In this document: positions 20,850 through 30,781 of the stretch, piece by piece | Layout: each line of letters begins with the position of its first letter | How positions within the stretch are numbered: position 1 is the stretch's first letter | From: Nostoc sp. | GTDB lineage: Bacteria; Cyanobacteriota; Cyanobacteriia; Cyanobacteriales; Nostocaceae | DNA: 64,000 bases | Reading direction: 5' to 3' | NCBI GenBank assembly: GCA_036918135.1 | Contig: JBALDB010000001.1 | Coordinates: forward strand, 32,001-96,000 | The notes under the pieces: generated by a model | Databases searched by the model: none | Told to the model about the DNA's origin: nothing | Seen by the model: the letters and a program-made list of their open reading frames with translations, nothing else | Made by a program: the position numbers and the translations under genes

Positions 20850-21902
20850 CTAATAACCATCGACTTCAACAATAGCTTGGGCAAAGCTCTGTGGGGCTTC
20901 TTGGGGTAAATTGTGACCGATACCGCCTTTGATCAGTCGGTGTGTGTACTTACCGGAGAATTTTTTAGCATAGGATGAAGCATCTGGATGCGGTGCTCCA
21001 TTGGCATCACCTTCAAGCGTGATTGTGGGCACGGTGATGACTGGGGCTTCGGCGAGCCGCTTTTCCAGAGCATCATATTTCGGTTCGCCTTTAGCCAATC
21101 CGAGTCGCCAGCGGTAGTTATGGATGACGATGCTGACGTGATCTGGGTTGTTGAAGGACGCGGCGCTGCGCTCGAACGTGGCATCATCGAAGTCCCACTT
21201 TGGCGATGCAATCTGCCAAATGAGCTTGGCAAAATCGTGTCGGTATTTGTCGTAGCCTACCCGGCCGCGTTCCGTAGCAAAATAATATTGGTACCACCAT
21301 TGAAGCTCAGCCTTCGGCGGCAACGGCATCTTGCCGGATTCCTGGCTGCCGATCAGATAACCGCTCACCGAGACAAGCGCCTTGCAGCGTTCAGACCAGT
21401 GCGCTGCGATAATGTCAGCCGTCCGTGCGCCCCAATCGTAACCAGCGAGGATCGCCTTCTCGATTTTGAGCACATCCATCAAAGCGATGATATCAACCGC
21501 AATCGCTGACTGCTGACCATTTCGGACTGTTTCACTTGAAAGAAAGTGCGTCGTGCCATAGCCGCGCAGATACGGGACGATCGCCCGATAACCTGCTGAT
21601 GCCAGCAAAGGCGCGACATCGATATAGCTGTGAATGTCGTAGGGCCAGCCATGCAAGAGGATGACCGGACGACCAGTTGCAGAACCAGCTTCAGCGTATC
21701 CAATATTCAGAACACCGACATCGATTTGTCTCAGTGGTCCGAGGGATGTGTTCGTCCCTAGTTTAATTGTGGGCAGAACTGCTGGTTTTGGTTTGCTAGA
21801 TTGTGCGTTTGCAGAACCGAATCTGCCTAACTGGGCAGTAGCAATAGTTACTGCCGTAGCACCCAAAAAGCGGCGGCGATGATAGTTGATTCTTTCAGAC
21901 AT
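20850..21902 (-). CDS. Alpha/beta hydrolase (epoxide hydrolase-like) with Tat-type signal
   Basis: RRRFLG N-terminus; HGWP, GYDWGA, GHNLPQEAP. Confidence 0.88.
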   Translation of the reverse strand: MSERINYHRRRFLGATAVTIATAQLGRFGSANAQSSKPKPAVLPTIKLGTNTSLGPLRQIDVGVLNIGYAEAGSATGRPVILLHGWPYDIHSYIDVAPLLASAGYRAIVPYLRGYGTTHFLSSETVRNGQQSAIAVDIIALMDVLKIEKAILAGYDWGARTADIIAAHWSERCKALVSVSGYLIGSQESGKMPLPPKAELQWWYQYYFATERGRVGYDKYRHDFAKLIWQIASPKWDFDDATFERSAASFNNPDHVSIVIHNYRWRLGLAKGEPKYDALEKRLAEAPVITVPTITLEGDANGAPHPDASSYAKKFSGKYTHRLIKGGIGHNLPQEAPQSFAQAIVEVDGY

Positions 21903-22060
21903 TTGTTAACCCAAATCTAACGAGTCTATCTCGATGTGCGACAACAATTTCACAGACAGTTCTTTCTTTAATCCAGGGTTAGCTTCGGATGTGCTGCCTG
22001 ACATCTCGGTGTCACAAAACCTGCTGAAACTCACGATGTTGGCTAACGTACCTTCGGCAT

Positions 22061-22585
22061 TCAAGGCGCATAATGCGTAAAGACAAAGTCGCCAGCTTTG
22101 ACGATCGCGTGGCACGAGAAGCAGCTGTTGACCGCCACGTTGGTGGGTTTGCCGTCGTTAAATTGAGTGAACCCCCAGCCGGCGGTCGAGGCGTATTTTC
22201 TTGAGTCCTTGACCATAAACTGAACCCCTCCCTTGGTGGGTGGTCCAGCTACGTAAGATTGGAGACGGCCAAAGGCTTCTTTGCTTTCCTCCAATGGGAC
22301 ATAACTCCAGGCGAGTCGGGCAATGATTGTGCCGTCTGGGAAGGGAAGTTTCCCTTCCCGGTATGCCTCGATCGCTACGTCGTTGCCCAATTTGGCGCGC
22401 AGATCGTTGAGGTCGCCTTTTTCGCGGGCTACGGAGATCAATGTCCAGTCGCGGTATCCGGGGGGGATTTTACCTCCGAAGACCGGGGCGGTCTGTCCAT
22501 CAGCGGGTTGAGAGGGGGGAACCATGCAGACAACCACGCTGGCCACCATTACAACTACAACTAGTAATAAAGCGATCCGTCTCAT
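22061..22585 (-). CDS. Cytochrome P460 family c-type cytochrome
   Basis: Signal peptide, PPGYRDW, PFPDGT, QFMVKDS, GWGF and C-terminal CFSCH. Confidence 0.85.
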   Translation of the reverse strand: MRRIALLLVVVVMVASVVVCMVPPSQPADGQTAPVFGGKIPPGYRDWTLISVAREKGDLNDLRAKLGNDVAIEAYREGKLPFPDGTIIARLAWSYVPLEESKEAFGRLQSYVAGPPTKGGVQFMVKDSRKYASTAGWGFTQFNDGKPTNVAVNSCFSCHAIVKAGDFVFTHYAP

Positions 22586-22694
22586 ACAGTGCCTTTTTCA
22601 AATATGCGCTATTGAAATTACCTCATCGAGAATGATAAGAAAATCCAGAGATAGGGCAGACGCAAAGACTCTTACTCAATTTTTTAGCTCTTTG

Positions 22695-22822
22695 CGTCAC
22701 CCTACCCTTCGGGAACGCTAAGAGCGAACGGGTTCGGCAGTGACGCTCGAAGACTCGCTACCGCTTCGCTAACGCAACCGACGGAAACCGCCAGGACTGC
22801 GACTGCGACTGCCTCACCGCGT
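22695..22822. repeat. Composite of nested GC-rich small dispersed repeats
   Basis: ACCCTTCGGG..., TGACGCTCGAAGACTCGCTACCGCTTCGCTAACGC; related motifs at 42430-42475 and 45068-45110. Confidence 0.62.
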
Positions 22823-22839
22823 CTTTCCCTCTTTGCAGC

Positions 22840-23835
22840 CTATTGCAGATGTTTCTTCAATTCAGCGGCAGCTTGAACAAACAGAGAACGGACTTCTGGC
22901 AGATCGGCTAAACCATTGAGCAGTCCAAAGTCATGAATCATGCCGTTGTACTGCACCGCTGTCACCGCTACCCCAGCTTCATCCAACTTACGTGCATACG
23001 CTGTGCCTTCGTCATGCAAAATATCGCTCTCTGCAATCACAATTAACGCTGGAGGCAAGCCCTTCAGTTGCTCAACCGTTGCCTGTAGGGGAGAGGCATA
23101 GATGTCTTTGCGCTTTTCTGGGTCAGCGATGTACATGTCATACATCCACTTCATCGTGGGTACGGTTAGGAACCGCTTGTCCCCAAATTGATGATAAGAA
23201 TTCGTTTCAAAATCCGCATCGACGATCGGCCACATCATGATTTGTAGCTTGATGTGTGGTCCTCCGTTTTCTTTCGCCTTCAAAGTAGTGACCGCTGTCA
23301 TATTTCCACCAACACTGTTGCCAACGACTGCCAGATTCTTGCCATCTACGCCAATCTCCTCACCATGCTCGGCAACCCATTTGGTCGCAGCAAAAATCTC
23401 ATTGATTGCCTGTGGGTACTGAGCATCTGGCGTGCGAGTGTAGTTTACGAAGACACCTGCAAACCCTGAAAGTACAACCAGATTGCGAACCATGCGCTTG
23501 TGTGTTGGGTAATCACCCAGCACCCAACCACCACCATGAATAAAGATGAAAACAGGCAATGTGCCTTTGACCCCTTCAGGTCGTACAATATTGAGGGTAA
23601 TTGAATAACCATCAGCAGTAATTGTCTTTTCAGACTCTTCAATGCCTGAAAGGTCTACTGAAACGGAAGCCTGTGCATCCACAAGAACTTGACGCGCATC
23701 GACTGGAGTGAGTTTCTCCAGTGCCACATCCGCTGAATTTAGCTCTTTCAAAAATTCCTTCGTTCCTTTGGAAAGACGTGGATCGTCCGCAACTTCCAGA
23801 ATTTTTGCTGGTTGCGAGTTTGCTTGAGAAACCAT
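22840..23835 (-). CDS. HSL-family (Aes-like) esterase/lipase
   Basis: HGGGW, GNSVGG, IHDF. Confidence 0.9.
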   Translation of the reverse strand: MVSQANSQPAKILEVADDPRLSKGTKEFLKELNSADVALEKLTPVDARQVLVDAQASVSVDLSGIEESEKTITADGYSITLNIVRPEGVKGTLPVFIFIHGGGWVLGDYPTHKRMVRNLVVLSGFAGVFVNYTRTPDAQYPQAINEIFAATKWVAEHGEEIGVDGKNLAVVGNSVGGNMTAVTTLKAKENGGPHIKLQIMMWPIVDADFETNSYHQFGDKRFLTVPTMKWMYDMYIADPEKRKDIYASPLQATVEQLKGLPPALIVIAESDILHDEGTAYARKLDEAGVAVTAVQYNGMIHDFGLLNGLADLPEVRSLFVQAAAELKKHLQ

Positions 23836-23898
23836 GACATTCTCCTTTAATGAATTGTAAACAATCTACTGTTAAGTTAATTGATTTAACACTGCTGC

Positions 23899-23940
23899 TC
23901 GATCAGTAGTAATTGTAGAATGACAATTACTACTGATCGA
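23899..23940. terminator. Perfect 18-bp inverted repeat inside the operon
   Basis: TCGATCAGTAGTAATTGT-AGAATG-ACAATTACTACTGATCGA. Confidence 0.55.
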
Positions 23941-23959
23941 CATCGTTTCCCAGCCAAAA

Positions 23960-24852
23960 CTATTTGTTACTAGTGGTTAGCTTGGTGTTCTCTGCAACGT
24001 GAGTGGTCAAAAAGCGACGAATATGGTCTGCGATCGCATCCCCATCTTCTTCCAGAGCAAAATGCCCCGTATCAAACAAATGAAACTCCAGGTTTTTTAA
24101 GTCGCGTTTGTAGGCATAAGCTCCCTCGACTAAAAAGCCCTGGTCATTTTTACCCCATACAATCAGCGTCGGTGGTTGATATTGGCGCAAATAAGCTTGC
24201 CATTGTGGATATAACTGTACATTGGACTGGTAGTCGTATTTTAATGCCAATTGAATATCCATATTGCCAGGGCGATCGAGGAGTGCCTGATCCAAAGTCC
24301 AGGTATCGGGACTGAGGTTTTCTAGATTCCTGGCTCCAGTGATGTAATGCCATTTCGTGCCCTTGGTTGCCAAAGCCTGTCGCACGCGATCGCTATTTTC
24401 GGGTGTCTTATTCTGCCAAAAAGCGCGCATGGGCTTCCAGAAATCACCGAGTCCCTCCTCGTAGGCATTGGCATTTTGCACAATCAGCGTCTCAATCCGC
24501 TCTGGATACTGTGTTGCCAATCGATAGCCAATCGGAGCGCCATAATCCATTAAATAAAGTAAAGGCTATAGCGTTTCAATCCGATCGCATCGACAAAGCC
24601 TGCTATCACTTCGGCAAGGCGATCGAAGGTGTAATCAAACTCATCCACCGTTGGCATGGAACTATAGCCAAAACCAGGATAATCAGGTGCAATCAGATGG
24701 AATTGATCCGCTAACGCCGGAATTAGATTGCGGAACATGTGGGACGAGGTTGGAAAGCCGTGCAATAGCAGAATCGTGGGATTATCACGAGAACCAGCTT
24801 CGCGATAAAAGATATCTAAACCATCGATTGATACTGTGCGATAAGCGGTCAT
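23960..24852 (-). pseudogene. Alpha/beta hydrolase paralog frameshifted by a 5-bp tandem duplication
   Basis: TAAAG TAAAG at 24555-24564. Removing one unit gives [11 protein letters not shown], collinear with the intact neighbour. Confidence 0.88.
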
Positions 24853-24952
24853 GCGTTTACTCTTTTGAATTCAAATCGTTCAACAGAATCAGAAATAGTT
24901 TCTCCTGTTTATTCAAAGGTTTATACCTGGAATAATCCATCATTTCCACCGA

Positions 24953-25822
24953 TCAAGTGAGAACGGATTGCAGTCGTGATGTGAGAAATTGCTCGATATA
25001 GTTTGCGATCGCATCCCCTTCCTCTTCCAAAGCAAAATGTCCGGTATCGAGTAGATGGAACTCAACATCTTTCAAGTCACGCTGGTAAGGATAAGCACCG
25101 TCAGCAGGAAAGATGTAGTCGTTCTTGCCCCAAACAATCAAGGTAGGGGGTTGATACTGGCGAAAATACTCCTGCCATTGGGGATAGAGCGGTGGATTGG
25201 TGCCATAGCTATAAAACAGCGCCAGTTGAATCTCTTCGTTTCCGGGACGATCGAGGAAATGTTGATCCACCGTCCAGGTATCGGGGCCGATCGCTTCTAG
25301 ATTGCGAACACCGTTGGTATATTGCCACTTCGTTGCTTCCAGAGTAAAAAGATATTTGAGCTTTTGGGCATTCTCAGGCGATCGCTCTTGCCAGTATGCC
25401 TTTATCGGTTCCCAAAATTCACGTAGCCCTTCCTCGTAGGCATTGCCATTTTGAACAATCAGAGTTTGCACTCGTTCTGGATATTTAGCCGCAATGCGAT
25501 AGCCAATGGGTGCCCCATAATCCATCACATAAAGGCTGTATTTTTTGAGAGCGATCGCAGCAATGAATTTCTCTACAATCTCAGCCAAGCGATCGAACGT
25601 GTAATCAAACTCATTTACAGTTGGCATCGAACTGTTGCCGTAGCCAGGGTAGTCAGGAGCAACCAGATGAAACTTATCAGCAAGTGCTGGTATGAGATTA
25701 CGGAACATGTGAGACGACGTTGGGAAGCCGTGTAATAGCAAAATTGTGGGATTATCACGGGAACCCGCTTCGCGGTAGAAGATGTCTAAACCATCGATAG
25801 AAACGGTGCGATATGTAGTCAT
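24953..25822 (-). CDS. Alpha/beta hydrolase (Asp-nucleophile epoxide hydrolase/dehalogenase-like)
   Basis: [23 protein letters not shown]. Confidence 0.9.
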   Translation of the reverse strand: MTTYRTVSIDGLDIFYREAGSRDNPTILLLHGFPTSSHMFRNLIPALADKFHLVAPDYPGYGNSSMPTVNEFDYTFDRLAEIVEKFIAAIALKKYSLYVMDYGAPIGYRIAAKYPERVQTLIVQNGNAYEEGLREFWEPIKAYWQERSPENAQKLKYLFTLEATKWQYTNGVRNLEAIGPDTWTVDQHFLDRPGNEEIQLALFYSYGTNPPLYPQWQEYFRQYQPPTLIVWGKNDYIFPADGAYPYQRDLKDVEFHLLDTGHFALEEEGDAIANYIEQFLTSRLQSVLT

Positions 25823-25983
25823 CGGATTACTCCTTGTTCAAAATGAAGTTGTACGTTACAATGCAAGGTCAAATTGTCACTCAATAAAACCGGGCATTAA
25901 GCGATATTTCTAAATTGAAAATCAATGATTACTCGTTCAGCTGAATCAGAAACAGGTGAAGACGTTTGTGCAAAACCTCACAT

Positions 25984-27183
25984 CTAATCATGGTGATGAT
26001 GATGGTGGTGAGAGTGCGCCATTGCACGTTCAGGATGATTGATCATCCGCAGCATATCAGGTCCACCAGTCTGAAGAAAACGTCGCAACAGAATTGCTGT
26101 CCAGATCAAAAATAGAATGTTCAGTACCGTTGTGTAGTTGAAGTGAATGCTAGCCTCTAACACTTGGGCATTTCGTTGCGACGGGATCAGATGTAACGTT
26201 TGAAAAAGCAATTCGATGATCAAGGCGGCGCTTGCAATTGCGGCATAAAAGGTTACTAGCAAAAACACACTCATTTTCATCCCGTAGTATTTACGGTAAA
26301 TGTCAAGAATTGGCAACACAATCAGGTCAGCAAAGATAAATGCTACTACGCCACCAAAGCTAATGCCACCGTTCCACAGCACTGCTGCTAAAGGCACGTT
26401 ACCGACCGAACAAACAAATGAGACAATCGCTACAATTGGACCCACAATCGCTCCCCAAATTGCGGCTAAGATTGGGTGGTCAGACAAGAAAAAAGCTTTC
26501 CAAAAATCTTTTGGCACCCAAATATCTAATGCTCCAGCAATCAGCAATCCAAGCAGAATGTCTTGCCAGACCGAAGCCCAATCCATCACAAAGTATTGAC
26601 TGATAGCGGTGAATCCCTGACGGGAGAAAATGCGCTGCCAAAGCGAACCCTCTGTGACTGACATATCCATATCAGCATGACCTTCCATCCTGCCTTGCAA
26701 TCCCTGCTCTGCCCGTCGTACTGCTTTCTGTACCAGCTTTGGCTTCAGAAAGAGGCGAAACAGCCAAACAAGAATTGCAATCATCAAACATCCACCAATA
26801 AACTCAGCAAGGGTGAATTGCCAACCCATCAGCAATACAAGAAGGATACCAAGCTCAATCACTAGATTGGTCGAGGCAAATTGAAAGACCATCGCCGCAG
26901 TAAAATTGCCTCCCTTACGAACAATGGATCGGGCGATCGCAACTGCTGCATAGGAGCAGGATGACGAGGCCGCACCCAAACCACAGGCTCTTGCGATCGA
27001 TCCAGTGGTATCATCGGGCATGAGCCGTACCATTTCAGACTTTGATACCACAGCCTGAATAATCGCGGATAGGGTAAATCCCAGAATTAATGCCCACAAA
27101 ATCTCCCAAAACATGTTGAACGCCATCCAGAGAGCATGAGCGATCGCGCCGATCGGATCTGTAAACAGATTAATAGTGTCCAT
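25984..27183 (-). CDS. Permease (ArsP/DUF318-like) with His-rich tail
   Basis: SSSCSYAA and SFVCSVGNVP repeat-domain motifs; C-terminal HSHHHHHHD. Confidence 0.82.
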   Translation of the reverse strand: MDTINLFTDPIGAIAHALWMAFNMFWEILWALILGFTLSAIIQAVVSKSEMVRLMPDDTTGSIARACGLGAASSSCSYAAVAIARSIVRKGGNFTAAMVFQFASTNLVIELGILLVLLMGWQFTLAEFIGGCLMIAILVWLFRLFLKPKLVQKAVRRAEQGLQGRMEGHADMDMSVTEGSLWQRIFSRQGFTAISQYFVMDWASVWQDILLGLLIAGALDIWVPKDFWKAFFLSDHPILAAIWGAIVGPIVAIVSFVCSVGNVPLAAVLWNGGISFGGVVAFIFADLIVLPILDIYRKYYGMKMSVFLLVTFYAAIASAALIIELLFQTLHLIPSQRNAQVLEASIHFNYTTVLNILFLIWTAILLRRFLQTGGPDMLRMINHPERAMAHSHHHHHHHD

Positions 27184-27243
27184 AGTTTGTCGGTCGATGA
27201 TAGTGAAATGCGATTGTTCATTTGGGTCGATCTATCTCACATC

Positions 27244-27882
27244 CTAATGGCGGATCTGCTCCTGGAAATAATCTCGCCAACTTGCAGGTAACGCTTCTAG
27301 TTGCGCGGCACGATGCAGTAACTCTGGGTTGTTTTGCTCGCGCATATAAAGCTGAATGATATTAGCAACAGTAACATTGTTGTCATCCCGGCTAATCAAC
27401 TCTAAAGTGTCTCCGACTCCAACTTCGCCCTCTTGCAAAACCCGAAAGTAAAATCCGCTGCGACGACTGGCGATAAATCGTTTCACCATATCCGATCGCC
27501 CAAAGCGAATCCCCAGTTTGTAGCAGGGTAAGCGCGGTTGAGTCACCATTAGTTCCACGCTGCCGATTTTGAAGCGATCGCCAATGTTCAATTCTTCTTC
27601 TCTCAATCCAATGACTGTGAAATTTTCGCCAAAGATACCAAGTGTTAACTCTGTGTCAGGCAATTCACTTTGCCAATACTCATAATGTTCAAAAGGATAG
27701 ACATAAACGGCTTTGTCAACTCCGCCATGAACGGTGAGATCTGCTTGTCGATCGCCATCTAAATTGAGTTCACGCACCATCACTCTCGCATTAACTGGCT
27801 CTTTGAAAATTCCAGTGCGGACGGGTTTTCCTTTCCAGGTCACTTCACGCGGAAGTCCTACGTTGACAGAGATGAGTTTCAT
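27244..27882 (-). CDS. MOSC domain protein (YiiM-like)
   Basis: HGGVDKAV, FGEN, QPRLPCYKL. Confidence 0.9.
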   Translation of the reverse strand: MKLISVNVGLPREVTWKGKPVRTGIFKEPVNARVMVRELNLDGDRQADLTVHGGVDKAVYVYPFEHYEYWQSELPDTELTLGIFGENFTVIGLREEELNIGDRFKIGSVELMVTQPRLPCYKLGIRFGRSDMVKRFIASRRSGFYFRVLQEGEVGVGDTLELISRDDNNVTVANIIQLYMREQNNPELLHRAAQLEALPASWRDYFQEQIRH

Positions 27883-28288
27883 CTTTAGCTCCAAAGTTTT
27901 GAATTGCATTCAATTACGGCAGCCAACATGGGATATCGAAAAAATGAATGAGTTGTTTATTGGAGTGCTTGATTGATTAAAGGTGTAATGACAGCGATGT
28001 TTTTAACCAACTCATCAAAGAGAGAGAACCGCTGTTTTAAGTAATCAGAATCGTTGTAACTCAGCCACACCTTGCCGTCAGCCGCTTCCCATGCCAGTAC
28101 TTTCAGGGGTAAATCCAGAGCGATCATCGGTTCTGCCACCATGAGCGGTGTTCCGACTTCAGGGTTGCCAAATAACAATAACTGTGTTACACGTAAGCTG
28201 AGTCCAACTTTTTTAGCTTCAGCTCGTTGATCGATGCGGGCAAAAATGGTGATGCCTTTTGTCTGAAGGATAGCTTCTATAGCGTTTC

Positions 28289-28509
28289 CTAGTCTACTGA
28301 GGTACTGTAACAGCAGTGGGTAAACCAACCGCGAGTATCATCTAGAGATACCAGTGAAAACGCTTGTTCAATTGCTTTGGCTAAGTCAGGATAATTTCTA
28401 GCACCGATGGAACGCAGCAAGCTTTTAATCTTCGACCAACAGTTTTCTATCGCAGAGAAATCAGGAGAATAGGGTGGAAGATAAACCAGTTTTGCGTCTG
28501 CTGCTGTAA
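28289..28509 (-). pseudogene. IS630 transposase C-terminal fragment
   Basis: LVYLPPYSPDFSAIENCWSKIK...GWFTHCCY. Confidence 0.9.
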
Positions 28510-29031
28510 TCAAGGCTGCAATCTCTCGTCCTCAAACCGTTGCTGACGCTCTTTGGAGAGACCTTCACCAACCTTGACAGGCTGCACTGAACAGAAAAGC
28601 GCTGGTCCAACAGGTTTCGTACTAGGCTCATAGATTGCTTCTCCGGTCTTGATTTGATAAATCTCGTGATAAAAAGCTACTCCCTTGCCGGTGTTATCTA
28701 CCAGCCAGTTCCACCAGCGTGAGTGAGGTAGCTGGCGTGCCCAATGACCCAAATCGTTGTAAGAACGCCAGTATTGCATGAGCAACCGCCCTTCAGGTGT
28801 AGTCATCGGACGATTAAGGAACAGTCCTTCGGCTTTTGCTGTCTCCAAAGCTGGAAATATTTCCTCTTGAATACCACTATCCTCATAGAGACGTTGCCCT
28901 GCTTCAGTGTAAAACTGAACACCAAAGAATGCCAGGCATAAGTTTGGGTGTTCCCAGAGTGCAGCAATGTATGCACTGTCGGCTGGTGGTTCAGTCAGAG
29001 GAATACCACTATTATGTTCTTCTATTGGCAT
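28510..29031 (-). CDS. DUF4188 / aldoxime-dehydratase-like protein (passenger gene)
   Basis: MQYWRSY..L..W...PH..WW and FYHEIY motifs; RBS GGAGG. Confidence 0.7.
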   Translation of the reverse strand: MPIEEHNSGIPLTEPPADSAYIAALWEHPNLCLAFFGVQFYTEAGQRLYEDSGIQEEIFPALETAKAEGLFLNRPMTTPEGRLLMQYWRSYNDLGHWARQLPHSRWWNWLVDNTGKGVAFYHEIYQIKTGEAIYEPSTKPVGPALFCSVQPVKVGEGLSKERQQRFEDERLQP

Positions 29032-29298
29032 AAGATTGCCTCCTGTTTTGTTACAAAAACCAAAATATCTATTGACTAGTGCATAACCTCAACTAGAGCG
29101 CTTCCTGTGCTGGTGAAGTATACCAAAACTTCACATCTAAATCCTTTCAACTTTGAGGGTGTAACTCATCTGCTCGATAACTGCTATAAACGATTGATGG
29201 TTTCGGTTACTGAATATGGGCTGACTAATGATGCCTTTATTTGCATTCATAGCACCGAACTCCTCAACGGTTTTGGTGATGGATATTTTTAGGGCACT

Positions 29299-30048
29299 TC
29301 AAATCTGTGCCATACCACCATCAACAAACAGCTCGATGCCGTTCACAAAGCTGCTGTCGGCTGAAGCGAGAAAGACAACGGCTTTGGCAATCTCATCAGG
29401 TGTGCCGACTCGTCCCAGTGGGATGGCGCTGGCTTGGCTGTCCACAAATTCTTGCAACTGCTGGTCATTCAGTCCCAAAAGATCGTAACCAGGAGTCGGA
29501 ACCACACCAGGGCTAATGGCATTCACTCGGATCTTGCGTTCTCTAAGGTCGAGTATCCAATTCCGAGCAAACGATCGCACGGCGGCTTTGGTAGCGCTGT
29601 AAACACTGAAAGCTGGCGTACCTTTTATAGAAGTAGTCGAAGCATTCAGGATAATAGAAGCGCCCTCTGGCAACAGTGGCAGTGCCTTTTGTACAGTGAA
29701 TAGCAAACCTTTAACGTTTATGTTGAATGTTTTGTCAAAGTGTTCCTCAGTGATTGCTCCAAGTGGGGCAATTTCTCCACCGCCAGCATTAGCGAAGATG
29801 ATATCGAGGTGTCCTTGCTCTTGCTTAATGGTGGCAAACAGGCGATCGAGGTCTGCCAGATTAGAAACATCGCTTTGCACAGCCGTAACATTTTTACCAA
29901 TGGCTTCTACAGCAGCATCCAGTTCGGCTTGGCGACGACCCGTGATGAAGACATAAGCACCTTCAGCAACAAACTGTTTGGCTGTAGCAAGACCGATACC
30001 ACTGTTACCACCCGTAATCAGGGCGATTTTTCCTTCTAGTTTTCCCAT
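29299..30048 (-). CDS. Classical SDR oxidoreductase
   Basis: [23 protein letters not shown]. Confidence 0.93.
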   Translation of the reverse strand: MGKLEGKIALITGGNSGIGLATAKQFVAEGAYVFITGRRQAELDAAVEAIGKNVTAVQSDVSNLADLDRLFATIKQEQGHLDIIFANAGGGEIAPLGAITEEHFDKTFNINVKGLLFTVQKALPLLPEGASIILNASTTSIKGTPAFSVYSATKAAVRSFARNWILDLRERKIRVNAISPGVVPTPGYDLLGLNDQQLQEFVDSQASAIPLGRVGTPDEIAKAVVFLASADSSFVNGIELFVDGGMAQI

Positions 30049-30249
30049 TATGCGCGAATCCTTTGATTATTGTAGTTTAAAGTGGAATGGCACGCTTGTT
30101 AAGCGTAAATTTTTGGTATTCTTGTCTTTGGGGTGTGGGGAATTAAGAAGATGTTAAATTCCTTAACGCAGGCTGTACTTAGCCCACAGGCTTTAGCAAT
30201 TAAGCGGCGTTGCGCCAACTTTCGGGTAACGCTTCAAGTTAAGTAGTGC

Positions 30250-30284
30250 TCAAATCTGTGCCATACCGCCATCAACAAATAGCT
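30250..30284 (-). pseudogene. 3' tip of a deleted SDR paralog
   Basis: Encodes [10 protein letters not shown]; near-identical to 29299-29333. Confidence 0.75.
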
Positions 30285-30292
30285 GCTAACCC

Positions 30293-30736
30293 CTATCCTT
30301 CATAGAAATAGTCCGGCTGGATCTTGCCCTTAAGACGTTCGCGCATCTCAATCGAGAAGCGAAGCACTGCACCGAGGGGACGATGATGGATAGCAATATG
30401 GACAATTAAACCATCTGGGTTCTTGATGAGTATTGTCACACCAGAAAGAGACTGTCCACCGAACGCTTTCGCATCCCACTCCAGATATGTTTGCTGAGCG
30501 CTCTCGACTTGATGAGTGAAAGTCAGCGCTTCGTAAACTTTACTGGCGGTAGACATAACACTTTTTACGCAATCCCGCCCCTCGATTGGGCGGACAAGTA
30601 CACTGGCTTCAAGAGTAACGTTGTCGGCAAAAGCGTCCGCAAATGAGCTTTCCAACTTATCAGCGAAGGCTTGAGTCCATTTCTGGCTGGGTTGTAGCAC
30701 AAGCCCACTCTGATTTATCTGAGTTGTTGTAGACAT
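30293..30736 (-). CDS. NTF2/SnoaL-like protein
   Basis: FADNVTLEAS..IEGR, HIAIHHRPL. Confidence 0.7.
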   Translation of the reverse strand: MSTTTQINQSGLVLQPSQKWTQAFADKLESSFADAFADNVTLEASVLVRPIEGRDCVKSVMSTASKVYEALTFTHQVESAQQTYLEWDAKAFGGQSLSGVTILIKNPDGLIVHIAIHHRPLGAVLRFSIEMRERLKGKIQPDYFYEG

Positions 30737-30781
30737 GGCTATTTCTCCACAATGCGAGGCTTACTGAACACTAACTAATCT

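Larger units (their letters stand above)
28280..29186 (-). mobile_element. Non-autonomous IS630-family element (907 bp) with passenger gene
   Basis: TA on both sides; imperfect TIRs TAGCAGTT..TGAGTTAC / TAGCGTTT..TGAGGTAC; contains the transposase 3' end. Confidence 0.8.
27957..29250 (-). pseudogene. DUF302 protein gene split by an IS630-derived cassette
   Basis: 5' part MNANKGIISQP/YSVTETINRL (ATG 29250, RBS GAGGAG) joins EAILQTKGITIFARID...FGNPEVGTPLM across the TA at 29187-88 / 28278-79. Confidence 0.85.

Noticed and set aside
20338..22721. Numerous + strand ORFs (e.g. 20338-20853, 20988-21509)
   Set aside because: Antisense shadows of GC-rich minus-strand genes; no motifs.
27957..28328. 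ORF-track 123-aa protein as an intact DUF302
   Set aside because: Its first residues come from the IS630 end; the real 5' end lies at 29189-29250.
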